A stretch of DNA of 49,509 bases, taken from positions 1 to 49,509 of the forward strand of contig JBATEB010000162.1 of assembly GCA_049663805.1 (NCBI GenBank), in the 5' to 3' direction. The stretch comes from Burkholderiales bacterium. Its GTDB lineage: Bacteria; Pseudomonadota; Gammaproteobacteria; Burkholderiales; SG8-39. The notes under the pieces were generated by a model that saw only the letters and a list, made by a program, of their open reading frames with translations, searched no databases and was not told the DNA's origin. Position 1 is the stretch's first letter; each line of letters opens with the position of its first letter. Positions 35,161-46,087 of the stretch are shown here, piece by piece. A program made the position numbers and the translations under genes.

Positions 35161-35243
35161 TTGGGTGAGAAAGCCCCCGCCGCTGGCAGGAGGTTCGCCG
35201 GTCGGTTAAGATGGAGCGGCTCATTGTAACCTAACCCAACTCA

Positions 35244-35426
35244 ATGATGGAAAAGCAAGAATTCAAGTCCTGGATGTGCCTGATCTGTGGCTTCATCTAC
35301 GAGGAAGCCACCGGTCTTCCCGATGAGGGAATCCCGGCCGGTACCCGGTGGGCGGACATCCCGATGAACTGGACCTGCCCAGAATGCGGCGCCCGAAAAG
35401 AGGATTTCGAGATGGTCGAGATCTGA
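35244..35426 (+). CDS. rubredoxin
   Basis: 60 aa. WMCLICGFIYEE ... WTCPECGARKEDFE carries two CxxCG knuckles. The start is ATG 35244 or 35247. Confidence 0.95.
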   Translation: MMEKQEFKSWMCLICGFIYEEATGLPDEGIPAGTRWADIPMNWTCPECGARKEDFEMVEI

Positions 35427-35527
35427 TCCGGGCACAAGTTCTGCTTGCCACTTACCCGACGATGCTCCTGGGACGCTGGGTAACTGCCCGACCCTAATAG
35501 CATTTCTGAAATATACCGTACAAGGCT

Positions 35528-35555
35528 TTGTTTTGACTGAAAATGGCTGTATAGT
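35528..35555 (+). promoter_or_regulatory. candidate sigma-70 promoter for pilG
   Basis: TTGTTT (35528-35533), a 16-nt spacer, then TATAGT (35550-35555). It lies in the most AT-rich intergenic stretch of the window. If real, it excludes the TTG 35533 start of the track ORF. Confidence 0.4.
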
Positions 35556-35640
35556 GCAGTTCGACGCGCACGACCCGGGGGCTGCTGTCCGAGCGAAAGG
35601 CTCATCCGACGTCGCCGCCGGAACAAAGACCGAGGTCGTT

Positions 35641-36051
35641 TTGGGGGTGCTGAGCGTGAGCGAAGCGGCAGGTGTCGCCGGTGTAAAGGTGATGGTGATC
35701 GACGATTCGAACACCATTCGCCGAAGCGCAGAGATATTTCTGGTGCAGGCCGGCTGCAAGGTGATCCTTGCCGAAGACGGCTTCGATGCGCTTGCCAAGA
35801 TCACCGATCACCAGCCGGACGTCATATTCGTGGACATCATGATGCCCCGTCTGGACGGTTATCAGACTTGCGCTTTGATCAAGAAGAACGCGCGCTTCGC
35901 CACGACGCCGGTGATCATGCTGTCGTCGAAAGACGGACTGTTCGACCGGGCGCGAGGCCGAATGGTCGGGTCGGACGAGTACCTGACCAAGCCGTTTACC
36001 AAAGACAGTCTTTTGAAGACCATCGGCGCCCACACGCCGGTTCGTACCTGA
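35641..36051 (+). CDS. pilG: twitching-motility response regulator PilG (CheY-like)
   Basis: VKVMVIDDSNTIRRSAEIFLVQAGCKVILAEDGFDALAKI ... VIFVDIMMPRLDGYQTCALIKKN ... PVIMLSSKDGLFDRARGRMVGSDEYLTKPF is nearly colinear with P. aeruginosa PilG. The start is uncertain: in-frame TTG 35641, GTG 35647 or 35656, with GAGG at about 35631. The track start at 35533 is unlikely. Confidence 0.88.
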   Translation: MGVLSVSEAAGVAGVKVMVIDDSNTIRRSAEIFLVQAGCKVILAEDGFDALAKITDHQPDVIFVDIMMPRLDGYQTCALIKKNARFATTPVIMLSSKDGLFDRARGRMVGSDEYLTKPFTKDSLLKTIGAHTPVRT

Positions 36052-36062
36052 GGAGATTTGCC

Positions 36063-36428
36063 ATGCCCGTGAAGAAGATTCTGATCGTGGACGATTCGCC
36101 GACCGACCGGCAGTTTTTCATGGAAACGCTTTCCAAGCAGGGGTACCAATGCGTAACGGCGGAAACCGGAGATGAGGCGATCGCAAAGGCGAAATCGGAG
36201 AAACCCGATCTCATCCTCATGGATGTGGTCATGCCGGGAACCAACGGCTTTCAGGCGACGCGGGCGATCACGCGCGACGAGGCGACCAAGCACATTCCCG
36301 TGATCGTCGTTACGAGCAAGAACCAGGAAACCGACAAGGTTTGGGGAATGCGCCAGGGCGCGAAGGATTACCTGATGAAGCCGATCGACGCCAAGGATCT
36401 GATCGCGAAGATATCGGCGATCAAGTAA
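36063..36428 (+). CDS. pilH: twitching-motility response regulator PilH (CheY-like)
   Basis: 121 aa from ATG 36063. KILIVDDSPTDRQ ... DLILMDVVMPGTNGFQ ... PVIVVTSK ... DYLMKP. Confidence 0.9.
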   Translation: MPVKKILIVDDSPTDRQFFMETLSKQGYQCVTAETGDEAIAKAKSEKPDLILMDVVMPGTNGFQATRAITRDEATKHIPVIVVTSKNQETDKVWGMRQGAKDYLMKPIDAKDLIAKISAIK

Positions 36429-36434
36429 AGAGCG

Positions 36435-36944
36435 ATGGCCAAGCAAATAAGTCTGCGCGAATTCCAGCAGGGACTCGCGCAGCGCTTGCGCGAGGCGCAG
36501 ACCGAAGCCGAACCGACCTCGCGCCTCAGCATTGAAGCAGGCAAACGCGGCTGGCTGCTGAAACTCGACGAGGCGGGCGAAATGCTTCCGCTCCCCGAAA
36601 TTTCGAGCGTTCCGCTGACCAGGCCGTGGTACCTGGGTCTGGCCAACATCCGCGGCGTGCTTTCGAGTGTCGTGGATTTCGGAGCCTTCATGGACGGGGA
36701 TCTGACGGTGCGTACCCCGGACTGCCGTCTGTTGCTCATTACCGAGCGCCTGCAGTCGTACAGCGGGCTGCTGATCAGCCGCATGCTCGGATTGAAGAAC
36801 GTGCAGGACATGGAGTTGGTCGAGGGAGCAGGGGACCGAGCCTGGATCGGAGCCGCGTACCGCGACAAGGATGGCCGCGTTTGGAACGAACTGGACATGG
36901 ACGCGCTCGTCTCGCACGACGATTTTCTGAGGGTGGGCGCCTGA
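36435..36944 (+). CDS. pilI: CheW-like coupling protein PilI
   Basis: 169 aa, placed between pilH and the MCP gene. [22 protein letters not shown] resembles the CheW-fold core. Confidence 0.8.
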   Translation: MAKQISLREFQQGLAQRLREAQTEAEPTSRLSIEAGKRGWLLKLDEAGEMLPLPEISSVPLTRPWYLGLANIRGVLSSVVDFGAFMDGDLTVRTPDCRLLLITERLQSYSGLLISRMLGLKNVQDMELVEGAGDRAWIGAAYRDKDGRVWNELDMDALVSHDDFLRVGA

Positions 36945-36981
36945 GCGCGCATCGAACCTAACGGTAGCACAGGAGGGATTT

Positions 36982-39174
36982 ATGGCATTTCTGAACCTGC
37001 CCAAGAAGACCGTGAGCGACAGGAGCGTTGCCGCAGCGCCGCAGGCGCCCAGGGTAGCCGCGAGGGTCGTCGCCAGGGTCGCGGCTCAGCCCGCGCCCGG
37101 CCCCAAGACCGTCGCCGAGGGACCCAAGCGACCCGTGCTCGGAGTCGGTGCGGCGCGAGTCGGAACGCAGTACACGATCCTCGGCATGATCTTCGTGGTG
37201 CTTTTCGTCGCAGCCGCCTTTTACGTGTTCAAGGACAACCGCGATGCCACTTACGGGACGATCTATCTGTCCACTTCGGCGCAGATGCGGATGCTGTCCC
37301 AGCGCATCGCCAAGGCGGCGCAGACCGGTCTGATCGGCAGCCCCGAGGCGTTCAAGCAACTGCAGCAGTCGCGTGACGAGTTCATCGCCTCATTGGCGCT
37401 GCTCACCCGAGGCGGGCAGTCGGGCGACGTATCCCTTCCACCCACGTCCGACGCGGTTCGACCCCAGCTTGCCGCGCTCACCAAAGAGTGGGATAAGACC
37501 GACAAGAGCGTCCAGCTGGTGCTCGCACAGAGCAAGAACCTGATCGGCCTGGGCAACGCAGTACGCCAGATCAACAACAACAATCCGATCCTGCTCGACC
37601 TCGCGGAACAGATCCAGGCCCTCAAACTGCAGTCCCAGGCGCCCGCCCGGGAACTTTCCCTTTCCGGACAGCTGGTCATGCTGACACAACGCCTTGCGAA
37701 GAACGCGAACGCCATGCTGGGCGCCGACGTGATCGACGCGGAAGTCGCCTTCCTCATGGGTAAGGACACCGCGAGTTTTCGCGAAATAATGCAGGGCCTG
37801 ACCAGCGGAAGCGACGTGCTGCGCGTCGCCGCGGCGAAAGATCCGGAACAGCGGGGGAAACTTGCCGAACTGGAAAAAGCGTACCAGGAATTCCAGGGGT
37901 CCGTGGCCTCGATCCTGGGCAACCTCCAGGCGCTGGTCAACGCCAAGCAAGCCGGTCGCAGGGTGGTGGACGATTCCGAGCCACTCCTGTCCGCATCGCA
38001 GAAGCTCGCCGATGCGTATGACCGGGAACTCGGCGAGCGCACCACGAACTTCCTCGTGCTCGCGGTCCTGATCTTGCTCGGCATCGGCGTCGTCGTGCTG
38101 CTGGTGATGGTGTACCTGGGCGACTCCCGGCGGCGCGCGGAAGAGGCCGAGCGCCAGCGCGCGGAGATCGAGCGCGTCAACCGTTCCAACCAGGATGCGA
38201 TTCTGCGGCTGATGAACGAGATGGGGAACCTCGCTGAAGGCGATCTGACGGTCAAGGCGACGGTGACCGAGGAGATAACCGGTGCGATTGCCGACTCGGT
38301 CAACTTCACCATCGACGAGCTGAGGGGTCTCGTGGGCCGGATCAACACCGCCGCGGCGCAGGTGACGACCGCCAGCGAATCGGCGCAGAAGACTTCCGCG
38401 CAGCTGCTCGCCGCCGCCGAGAAACAATCCCTCGAGATTCGACAGACCAGCACCTCGGTCCTGAGCATGGCCAGGGCGATGAACGACATGTCGTCCAGCG
38501 CTTCCCAGTCCGCCACCGTGGCGCGCCAGTCGCTCGCCGCCGCGCACAAGGGAACCGAGGCCGTGCAGAACTCGATCTCGGGCATGAACGAAATCCGGGA
38601 GCAGATCCAGGAGACCTCGAAGCGCATCAAGCGTCTCGGGGAATCGTCGCAGGAGATCGGCGAGATCGTGGAGCTGATTTCCGACATTACGGAACAAACC
38701 AACGTTCTGGCGCTGAACGCCGCCATTCAGGCGGCTTCCGCGGGTGAAGCCGGGCGTGGATTCACGGTGGTTGCAGAAGAAGTGCAGCGACTGGCGGAGC
38801 GCTCGGCCGAAGCGACCAAGCAGATCGGCGCGATCGTGAAGACCATTCAGACCGACACGCACGATGCCGTGTCCGCCATGGAAAAGAGCACGCAGGGTGT
38901 GGTCGAAGGGGCGCGGCTGTCGGACGCAGCGGGCCAGGCGCTCGCGGAGATCGGATCGGTGTCGCAGCGCCTCGCCCAGCTCATCGAGGGCATCACGAAT
39001 ACGACTCAGCAGCAGGCGAAGTCGGCGAACGATGTGGCCACGAGCATGCAGGACATCCTCAGCATTACGCAGCAGACGACCGAAGGCACCAAGCGCACCG
39101 CGGTGTCGATCGGGCAGCTCGCCGAGCTCGCAAAGGAACTAAAAGGCTCGGTCTCGGGCTTCAAAATTGCGTAG
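36982..39174 (+). CDS. pilJ: methyl-accepting chemotaxis protein PilJ
   Basis: 730 aa with an AGGAGGG SD. It has two TM segments flanking a periplasmic helical domain. The highly conserved MCP signalling hairpin is [48 protein letters not shown]. Confidence 0.93.
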   Translation: MAFLNLPKKTVSDRSVAAAPQAPRVAARVVARVAAQPAPGPKTVAEGPKRPVLGVGAARVGTQYTILGMIFVVLFVAAAFYVFKDNRDATYGTIYLSTSAQMRMLSQRIAKAAQTGLIGSPEAFKQLQQSRDEFIASLALLTRGGQSGDVSLPPTSDAVRPQLAALTKEWDKTDKSVQLVLAQSKNLIGLGNAVRQINNNNPILLDLAEQIQALKLQSQAPARELSLSGQLVMLTQRLAKNANAMLGADVIDAEVAFLMGKDTASFREIMQGLTSGSDVLRVAAAKDPEQRGKLAELEKAYQEFQGSVASILGNLQALVNAKQAGRRVVDDSEPLLSASQKLADAYDRELGERTTNFLVLAVLILLGIGVVVLLVMVYLGDSRRRAEEAERQRAEIERVNRSNQDAILRLMNEMGNLAEGDLTVKATVTEEITGAIADSVNFTIDELRGLVGRINTAAAQVTTASESAQKTSAQLLAAAEKQSLEIRQTSTSVLSMARAMNDMSSSASQSATVARQSLAAAHKGTEAVQNSISGMNEIREQIQETSKRIKRLGESSQEIGEIVELISDITEQTNVLALNAAIQAASAGEAGRGFTVVAEEVQRLAERSAEATKQIGAIVKTIQTDTHDAVSAMEKSTQGVVEGARLSDAAGQALAEIGSVSQRLAQLIEGITNTTQQQAKSANDVATSMQDILSITQQTTEGTKRTAVSIGQLAELAKELKGSVSGFKIA

Positions 39175-39198
39175 CGCAGCAAAACCGCATCGCCAGCA

Positions 39199-42100
39199 AT
39201 GACGGCGCGCGCTGACTTCGACGTCGGTCCGCTCTCCTGGGTGAAGGGAGAGATCGACCACGCGCTGCAGCGGGCGCAGGAGTCTCTGCGCGCATTCGCA
39301 TCGGACAGCGCCGATATCGCGCAGCTCAAGTCCAGTCAATCACACCTGCACCAGGCGCATGGGGCGCTTTCCATCGTCGGCTTGGAGGGGGTCACGCGCC
39401 TGTCCGAGGAGCTCGAGGGGCTGCTGGCCGCCATGGAGCAGGAGGGCCCTCTCAGAAAGCCCGAGACTTGCGAGCTCGCCGAGCGCGCATTTGGAGGGAT
39501 TCGGCGGTATCTGGACCACCTCCTCACGGGCAACCCCAATCAACCGCTGGGACTCTTCCCCCTTTACCGCGACGTCGTAATCGCGCGGGGCGGGCGCCCG
39601 GATCCGACCGACCTCTACTTTCCGGATCTCTCTTTTCGTCCCCCCAAGCGCGACAAGACCCCGGTCGCGCTCAGGGCGGGCGACGCGGACAAATACCTTC
39701 GCGAGCAAAGAGCGCACTTTCAGCGCGGATTCCTCAAGTGGCTGAAGAACGATGCGAGCGGCGCGGAGGAAATGCGCGATGCGGTAGAAGCCATCGAGGG
39801 GGCACAGGGTCTGACTTCGCAACGCGCGTTCTGGTGGGTCTGTCTGGCGTTCTTCGACGCGCTCGTGAACCAGGCGGTACCCGCGGATCTGGACACGAAG
39901 CAGCTGTGCAACCGGATCGAGCAGCAGATCAAACGCATGGTCGAGGGCACACCGAGCGTGGCCGAACGGCTCATGCGCGAGGTTCTCTATTACGTCGCCC
40001 GCGCAAAGCCCGTGAGCCAGCGCCTGCGCGAGGTATCGGCAGCGTACCACCTGGATCAGACCCTGCCGGTCGCCGAAAGAGACGGGGTCACTTCCGCGGA
40101 AGCGTCCGGACTGAAATCGGCGCACGAATACCTGGCTCACGTCAAGGAAGCGTGGAACAAATTCGCTTCGGGTAACGTTCCGTCGCTCCTCACGTGCCGG
40201 GACAGTGCCGCCGCGTTGAGGGATGTCGTCGCACATCTGGGCAATTCCGACCTTTCGGCGCTCGCGGAGGAGATTGCCGCGGTCGCCGCGTGGCTGGTAT
40301 CGAATCGCGAAAGAATGAGCGAGGCGGTCGCGCTCGAAGTCGCCACGGCAATCCTGCTGCTCGAAAACGCCGTTGGCGGCTTCGGGCAGCTCTCCGGGGA
40401 GTTTTCGCAGCAGTCGACGCTCGTCTGTTCGCGGCTCAAAGACTGCATGCTGGGCAAGCTGAGGCGGACGGCTCCGGAAATCCCGCTGCTCGACGAGATG
40501 TCGCGCAAGGCGCAGGAACGCCTGCTCATGAGCCAAGTGGTCTCGGAAATGCAGGCCAACCTGGCCTCCATAGAGAAGATCCTGGACGCCTTCTTCCGCA
40601 ATCCGGCGAAGCGCGAGGAGCTCGCGTCGGCCGACAAGTCCATGCGCCAGCTGATCGGCGCGCTGGAGATGCTCGGCGAACAGCGCCCGCGCGACACCCT
40701 CGTCGCCGCGGCCGAAGAGATGCGCCGCTTCTCCGATCCGGAATACGCGGCCAACCCCAAGGACTTTGAACGCATCGCCCAAACGCTCTCCGGGATGGGT
40801 TTTTACATCGAGGCCCTGGCGCTCGGAAAGGCCGATTTCGAAGCGGCCATGCAGCCGATAGCCGCGATGACGAAGGAAGACTCCGAGCTTGCGCCGCCGC
40901 TCGCCACCGTCGAAGATCATATCGCCGAGCAGCAGCGCGAGGCCGTGAGCCTTTACGAGGAATGGAAGAAGAAACCCCAGGACAAGGCACTCCGCGCCGA
41001 GCTGCAGAAGAACCTCGCCGCCATTCACAAAGATGCGGGGCTCGTCGCCGATCAGAAGCTCGAAGCCTCGGCCCAGGACGCGCTGAAAGCGCTCGACAAG
41101 AGGAGCACCATGCCGCTTACGCCGTTTCTCAAGGCGGCGATGGAGAAGGTCAGCTCCGCGGCCGAACCGCCCTCCCCCTCCGCGGAAGCGGCCAAGCTCC
41201 TCGATGCGAGTGCGGAGGCCGTCGATGCCGAGCTGCTCGGCGTCTACCTCGAGGAATCCGAGGAAGTCCTCGCGAGCGTCAACGAGCAGCTCGCGCTGCT
41301 GAGCGAACACCACGCCAGCAAGGAAGCGCTCACGACGATCCGCCGCGGTTTTCATACTTTGAAAGGCAGCGGGCGCATGGTAGGTCTCACGCGCGTCGGC
41401 GAGGCGGCGTGGGCCGTCGAGCAGACGCTGAACGACTGGCTGCAGGAAGAGAAAGCCGCCACCCCGGCGCTGCTGGAACTGATCGCGCGGGCGCACCAGT
41501 ACTTCGCGCAAAACGTCACGCGCCTCAAGGCGGGCGAGGCATCGAGTGACGAGCAGGCGCTGGTAGCGGCCGCGGCTCGCGTGCGCAGCGACGAACTGAC
41601 GGAGAGGGCGGCGGAAGAATCGGCGCCGGCCGCGGCCGTCGTTCCGAAAGCCGACGAGATCGTGCTGGAGCCTATCCCCGCAAGTCAGGAGCACATTCAG
41701 CCCGCGGCGGCCGCGCCGGAGGAATATATTCAGCTCGGGTCGAACCGGGTTTCAACCACCCTGTTCGCGATATTCAGCGGGGAAGCGCGCGCGCACGTGG
41801 CGACGATCCGGGAAGAACACGAAACCCTGCGGCAGCACGGCATCGTCACCGACACGCTCATGCGCGCGGTGCACACGCTGGCGGGTACTTCGGGGACCTT
41901 GAAGATAATGGCCCTCTCGGACCTCGGTTACGCATTCGAGCACGCCTTGCACAAACTGGCGGCAAGCGAACTCTCCGAAGAGGAGCAATCGCTGGTGGGC
42001 GAAGCGATGGACACCATCGATTCGATGGTGTCGGGCGTCCTCGAAATGAAGGTCCCCGCCCCGGTTCCCGGTCTGGTCGAGCGGCTCGAGCGGGTGGGAG

Positions 42101-44511
42101 GGCCCCCGCCGGAGCAGGTGCCTGGCGAGGAGGCAAGTCAGGGCGTCGCGCGCGCCGCAGAGCCCGACGCGGCGGATGCCGCGATGCCCGAGGAGAAATC
42201 CGACGAGGTCGACCTGGATGACCTCACGCTCGAGCGGCGTCAGCGGCGCCTGGACGACGATCTCGACCCGGAGTTGCTGCAGATCTTCCTGGACGAGGCC
42301 CACGAGCTCATTCCCTCGGTGGGCTCGACGTTGCGCGACTGGCAGGACAGTCCGGGCAACCCGGTACTCGGTCAGGCGATGGCACGGGTGCTGCATACCC
42401 TGAAGGGGAGCGCGCGCATGGCCGGTGCCATGGCGATCGGCGAGCTCACCCACCACATGGAATCGCGCGTCGAGAACGCTCTGTCGGTCAAGTCCCTGCC
42501 CACCATGCTGTTCGAGGAACTGCAGACCTCCTGGGACCGCATGGGCGTGCTGTTCGAGCAACTGCAAAATCCCGCCGCACCGGAGGCGCAGCCGGACGAG
42601 GTTGCGCCGGTTCCGGTGCGGGAAGCGGAAATCGGCCGCGCACCCGTTCCGCTACCCAAAGCCGTTTCCCCCACCGAGCGGGAGATACAGCCGAAGGCGC
42701 TGCTTCGGGTGCGCGCGGACGTCATCGACCGCCTGGTCAACGAGGCCGGCGAAGTCGCGATTGCGCGCAGCCGGATAGAGGGCGAGATGCGCGCGCTCAA
42801 GGGTGCGATGCAGGAACTCACCGATAACGTCGTGCGGCTGCGTGCCCAGCTTCGCGAGATCGAGATTCAGGCCGAGTCACAGATGCAATCGAGGCTGGAG
42901 CTCGCGCGAGAGGCAAAGCGGGAGTTCGATCCGCTCGAATTCGATCGCTTCACCCGGTTCCAGGAGGTGACGCGACTCATGGCCGAGAGCGTGAGCGACG
43001 TGCAGACCGTCCACCAGAATCTGGTCAACACGGTCGACGAAACCGAGAAGGCGCTGCTCGCCCAGGCGCGCCTGAATCGTGACCTTCAGCAGGGCCTGAT
43101 GCGCGTGCGGATGGTGACCTTCGGCAGTCTGCAGGAGCGTCTTTACCGCATCGTGCGCCAGACGGCAAAGGAAGTCGGAAAGCGCGCCAACCTGGACATC
43201 AAAGGCATCCAGGTCGAGCTCGACCGCTCGGTGCTGGAACGCATCACCGCACCGTTCGAGCACTTGTTGCGCAACGCGATCACGCACGGGATCGAGGCGC
43301 CGGAGGCGCGGCGCGCGGCCGGCAAGCCCGAAATCGGCGAGATCCGCCTCGATCTTTCCCAGGAAGGCAACGAAGTCCAGTTGGCCCTCTCCGACGACGG
43401 GGCGGGGCTGGACATCGAGGCAATCCGGAAGACGGCTATAGACAAGGGTTTGATCGAGCCGGGGGCCGAGTTCTCGGACGCGGAGGTAGCCGATTTCATC
43501 TTCGATGCGGGATTCTCCACCGCCACGGAAGTCACCCAGGTTGCCGGGCGCGGCGTCGGCATGGACGTTGTCCGCAGCGAGGTCGCCGCGCTGGGTGGCC
43601 GCGTCGAGATGAATTTCACGCGCGGGCAGGGTACGCGCTTCGTCATCTACCTGCCGCTGACACTTGCCGTGACCCAGACGGTGCTGGTGCGCGCGGGCAA
43701 CAAGAGCTATGCCATTCCCTCGGTCATGGTGGAGCAGGTCCTGCAGTTGAGACAGGAGCAGCTCGAATCGGCCTACGCATCCGGTCACACGGAATGGCAG
43801 GGGCGGCGCTACCCGTTCCATTACCTGCCGCACCTGCTCGGCGTATCCGAGGCGGTGGCCGAACAGAAACGCTTTTCGCCGACGCTGTATCTGCGCAGCG
43901 GCACCAACGCCATAGCCCTGCACGTGGACGAAATGGTCGGCAGCAACCAGGAAATCGTCGTCAAGTCGATCGGCCCGCAGCTCCAGCGCATCGCGGGCAT
44001 CACCGGCGCCACGGTGCTCGGCACCGGGGAAATCGTCCTCATCCTGAATCCGGTTCAGCTTGCGCTGAAGGAAGCCGGCCTCGCCCCGACGGTGGCTCGC
44101 GAGGCACCCAAGCCGGTGATGGCGACAACGCAACCCACGATCATGGTGGTCGACGATTCGCTCACCGTGCGCAAAGTCACCGGCAGGCTGCTCGAGCGCC
44201 AGGGCTACCTGGTTGTCACCGCCCGGGACGGAGTCGAGGCGATGGAGAAGCTGCAAACCCTCGTGCCCGATGTGATGCTGGTCGATATCGAGATGCCCCG
44301 GATGGACGGTTTTGACTTGACGCGCAATGTACGCGCGGACGCACGCCTGTCCAGAGTGCCGGTCATCATGATCACCTCGCGCACCGCCGACAAGCACCAG
44401 AATTACGCAAGGGAGATCGGCGTGGACCACTTCCTGGGCAAACCCTACCAGGAGGACGATCTTCTGGAGAAGATCGCCGGCTACCTCGGGGACCGCCGGG
44501 CCGCGGCCTGA
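39199..44511 (+). CDS. chpA: ChpA-type multi-Hpt CheA-like hybrid histidine kinase with C-terminal receiver
   Basis: 1770 aa. Hpt motifs are HQAHGAL (about 39349), AHLGN (40234), FHTLKGSG (41354), VHTLAGTS (41872) and LHTLKGSA (42394). These are followed by a dimerisation region, HATPase ([14 protein letters not shown] ... GRGVGMDVV), a CheW domain and REC ([12 protein letters not shown] ... [12 protein letters not shown]). Confidence 0.93.
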   Translation: MTARADFDVGPLSWVKGEIDHALQRAQESLRAFASDSADIAQLKSSQSHLHQAHGALSIVGLEGVTRLSEELEGLLAAMEQEGPLRKPETCELAERAFGGIRRYLDHLLTGNPNQPLGLFPLYRDVVIARGGRPDPTDLYFPDLSFRPPKRDKTPVALRAGDADKYLREQRAHFQRGFLKWLKNDASGAEEMRDAVEAIEGAQGLTSQRAFWWVCLAFFDALVNQAVPADLDTKQLCNRIEQQIKRMVEGTPSVAERLMREVLYYVARAKPVSQRLREVSAAYHLDQTLPVAERDGVTSAEASGLKSAHEYLAHVKEAWNKFASGNVPSLLTCRDSAAALRDVVAHLGNSDLSALAEEIAAVAAWLVSNRERMSEAVALEVATAILLLENAVGGFGQLSGEFSQQSTLVCSRLKDCMLGKLRRTAPEIPLLDEMSRKAQERLLMSQVVSEMQANLASIEKILDAFFRNPAKREELASADKSMRQLIGALEMLGEQRPRDTLVAAAEEMRRFSDPEYAANPKDFERIAQTLSGMGFYIEALALGKADFEAAMQPIAAMTKEDSELAPPLATVEDHIAEQQREAVSLYEEWKKKPQDKALRAELQKNLAAIHKDAGLVADQKLEASAQDALKALDKRSTMPLTPFLKAAMEKVSSAAEPPSPSAEAAKLLDASAEAVDAELLGVYLEESEEVLASVNEQLALLSEHHASKEALTTIRRGFHTLKGSGRMVGLTRVGEAAWAVEQTLNDWLQEEKAATPALLELIARAHQYFAQNVTRLKAGEASSDEQALVAAAARVRSDELTERAAEESAPAAAVVPKADEIVLEPIPASQEHIQPAAAAPEEYIQLGSNRVSTTLFAIFSGEARAHVATIREEHETLRQHGIVTDTLMRAVHTLAGTSGTLKIMALSDLGYAFEHALHKLAASELSEEEQSLVGEAMDTIDSMVSGVLEMKVPAPVPGLVERLERVGGPPPEQVPGEEASQGVARAAEPDAADAAMPEEKSDEVDLDDLTLERRQRRLDDDLDPELLQIFLDEAHELIPSVGSTLRDWQDSPGNPVLGQAMARVLHTLKGSARMAGAMAIGELTHHMESRVENALSVKSLPTMLFEELQTSWDRMGVLFEQLQNPAAPEAQPDEVAPVPVREAEIGRAPVPLPKAVSPTEREIQPKALLRVRADVIDRLVNEAGEVAIARSRIEGEMRALKGAMQELTDNVVRLRAQLREIEIQAESQMQSRLELAREAKREFDPLEFDRFTRFQEVTRLMAESVSDVQTVHQNLVNTVDETEKALLAQARLNRDLQQGLMRVRMVTFGSLQERLYRIVRQTAKEVGKRANLDIKGIQVELDRSVLERITAPFEHLLRNAITHGIEAPEARRAAGKPEIGEIRLDLSQEGNEVQLALSDDGAGLDIEAIRKTAIDKGLIEPGAEFSDAEVADFIFDAGFSTATEVTQVAGRGVGMDVVRSEVAALGGRVEMNFTRGQGTRFVIYLPLTLAVTQTVLVRAGNKSYAIPSVMVEQVLQLRQEQLESAYASGHTEWQGRRYPFHYLPHLLGVSEAVAEQKRFSPTLYLRSGTNAIALHVDEMVGSNQEIVVKSIGPQLQRIAGITGATVLGTGEIVLILNPVQLALKEAGLAPTVAREAPKPVMATTQPTIMVVDDSLTVRKVTGRLLERQGYLVVTARDGVEAMEKLQTLVPDVMLVDIEMPRMDGFDLTRNVRADARLSRVPVIMITSRTADKHQNYAREIGVDHFLGKPYQEDDLLEKIAGYLGDRRAAA

Positions 44512-44587
44512 ATTCCCTCGCGTCCGCCCGCGGGAGCGTGAAATTGTGCGGGACCCCACCCGGGTCTACAATGGAGCCTTATCCGCG

Positions 44588-45148
44588 ATGGCCAAAGTCG
44601 ACCTCACCAATCATTTCCTGATCGCCATGCCCAACATGGCCGATCCGTATTTCGCCCGCACCCTCACTTTCATCTGCGAGCATGACGATCAGGGTGCGCT
44701 CGGCGTGGTCGTCAATCGGCCGATCGAGATGACTCTGGGCGCGCTCTACGATCGTCTCAGCCTGCCGCTCACCTCCCAGATACTCCTGAACGAGCCGGTC
44801 TATTTCGGCGGGCCCGTGCAGACCGACCGCGGATTCGTTCTCCACCGGCCCCTCGGAAAGTGGCAAGCCACGCTTTCGGTGCACGACAGTGTGGGACTCA
44901 CGACTTCCAAGGACATCCTCGAAGCGGCCGGGCAGGGCGCCGGCCCGCAACGCATGCTGGTCACGCTCGGGTATTCCGGCTGGGCGGCCGGCCAGCTCGA
45001 GAGCGAGATCGGCCAAAACGCCTGGCTCACGGTCGAGGCCAACGAAGCGATCATCTTCGACACCCCCTCCGAGGAGCGTCTCCCGGCGGCGATGAAACTG
45101 CTCGGTGTGGACTTCGCAAAGCTCTCCGAGGAGGCAGGACACGCGTGA
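44588..45148 (+). CDS. YqgE/AlgH-family protein
   Basis: 186 aa from ATG 44588. [40 protein letters not shown] and [13 protein letters not shown]. Confidence 0.92.
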   Translation: MAKVDLTNHFLIAMPNMADPYFARTLTFICEHDDQGALGVVVNRPIEMTLGALYDRLSLPLTSQILLNEPVYFGGPVQTDRGFVLHRPLGKWQATLSVHDSVGLTTSKDILEAAGQGAGPQRMLVTLGYSGWAAGQLESEIGQNAWLTVEANEAIIFDTPSEERLPAAMKLLGVDFAKLSEEAGHA

Positions 45149-45600
45149 GCGAGGCGGCAGTGGCCCCGTCCAAGGTCTCCGGCCACACCGTACTTGCTTT
45201 CGATTTCGGCATTCGCTGGATCGGCGTGGCCGTAGGCGATACCGAGACCGGGCTCGCGAGCCCCATCGGAATGTTCGAAGTCGGGGGCGGCGGCCGGTGC
45301 CTGGCGGAAGTCGAGAGTTTGGTGCGCGAATGGAAGCCCGGGCGGCTGCTGGTCGGCCTGCCGCTCGCCCTGGACGGGGGCGAGCACGAGATGACGCGGC
45401 GGGCGCGACGTTTTGCGCGGCAGCTCGAGGCGCGTTTCCGGCTTCCGGTGGACCTCGCCGACGAGCGCCTCTCCTCGGTTGCGGCCGAATCCACGCTTCG
45501 CGAAATCGGCCGCGGCGGCCGAAAACACAAGCAGGCGGTGCACGCGCTCGCCGCCAAAATCATCCTGCAGAGCTACCTCGATGAATCTTCCGGACGCTGA
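45145..45600 (+). CDS. ruvX: Holliday-junction resolvase-like / pre-16S rRNA nuclease RuvX (YqgF)
   Basis: 151 aa from a GTG that overlaps the yqgE stop (GTGA). [17 protein letters not shown] ... [14 protein letters not shown] ... [10 protein letters not shown]. Confidence 0.9.
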   Translation: MSEAAVAPSKVSGHTVLAFDFGIRWIGVAVGDTETGLASPIGMFEVGGGGRCLAEVESLVREWKPGRLLVGLPLALDGGEHEMTRRARRFARQLEARFRLPVDLADERLSSVAAESTLREIGRGGRKHKQAVHALAAKIILQSYLDESSGR

Positions 45601-46087
45601 GGCGCTCTGCCGGGAACTCGCGCGCAAGCTCGGCGCCGGCGTCACCGCTACCACCGGTCTGGTCGGGATTCGCACCGGCGGCGCCTGGCTCGCCGAGCGG
45701 CTCCACCGAGAGCTCGGGCTCGCGACGCCCCTGGGAACGCTCGACATTTCCTTTTACCGTGACGATTTCGACGCGGCCGGGCTGCGTCACCACGTCAAGC
45801 CCTCCCAGGTACCGTTCGACGTCGGCGGCCGGCACATCGTGCTCGTCGACGACGTGCTCTATACCGGGCGCACCGTTCGCGCGGCGATGAACGAGCTGTT
45901 CGACTACGGGCGCCCCGGAAAGATCGAGCTCGCGGCCCTGGTGGACCGGGGCGAGCGCCAGCTGCCGATCGCCGCACAGTACGTGGGGACGACGCTTGCG
46001 GTGCCCAGGGGCAAGCTGCTGCGTCTGGTGCGCGACGACCAGGGCGGATTCTCGCTGAAGCTCTCCGATGCGAAACCCGCAGCTTAA
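45581..46087 (+). CDS. pyrR: bifunctional pyr operon regulator / uracil phosphoribosyltransferase PyrR
   Basis: 168 aa from ATG 45581. [15 protein letters not shown] ... LDISFYRDD ... [21 protein letters not shown] (PRPP motif). Confidence 0.92.
   Translation: MNLPDAEALCRELARKLGAGVTATTGLVGIRTGGAWLAERLHRELGLATPLGTLDISFYRDDFDAAGLRHHVKPSQVPFDVGGRHIVLVDDVLYTGRTVRAAMNELFDYGRPGKIELAALVDRGERQLPIAAQYVGTTLAVPRGKLLRLVRDDQGGFSLKLSDAKPAA

Noticed and set aside
35161-35243. Possible TPP (THI-box) riboswitch upstream of thiD-thiE
   Set aside because: Only 83 nt are available. I could not find the conserved CUGAGA or ACCUGAUCUGGAUAAUGCCAGCG-type elements on the thiD strand.
35533-35640. TTG 35533 as the pilG start (172-aa product)
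   Set aside because: The extra residues have no counterpart in PilG proteins (about 130 aa), and the codon lies inside the candidate promoter.
35641-44511. Pil-Chp chemosensory cluster as the 'undescribed system'
   Set aside because: The gene order and protein motifs match the well-described PilG/PilH/PilI/PilJ/ChpA twitching-motility pathway. Only its reduced gene content is noted as a finding.
37263-44559. Long antisense ORFs within pilJ and chpA (37263..38726, 37390..38862, 39340..41694, 41752..42567, 42877..44559)
   Set aside because: They are antisense to well-supported chemosensory genes. Their composition is Arg/Ser/Ala-rich with no domain motifs.
44544-44572. TTGTGC-17-TACAAT sigma-70-like promoter upstream of yqgE
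   Set aside because: The spacing is good, but the predicted transcription start would fall at or after the GGAG SD, only about 9 nt before the ATG. It would yield a leader without a ribosome-binding site, so it is kept as doubtful only.
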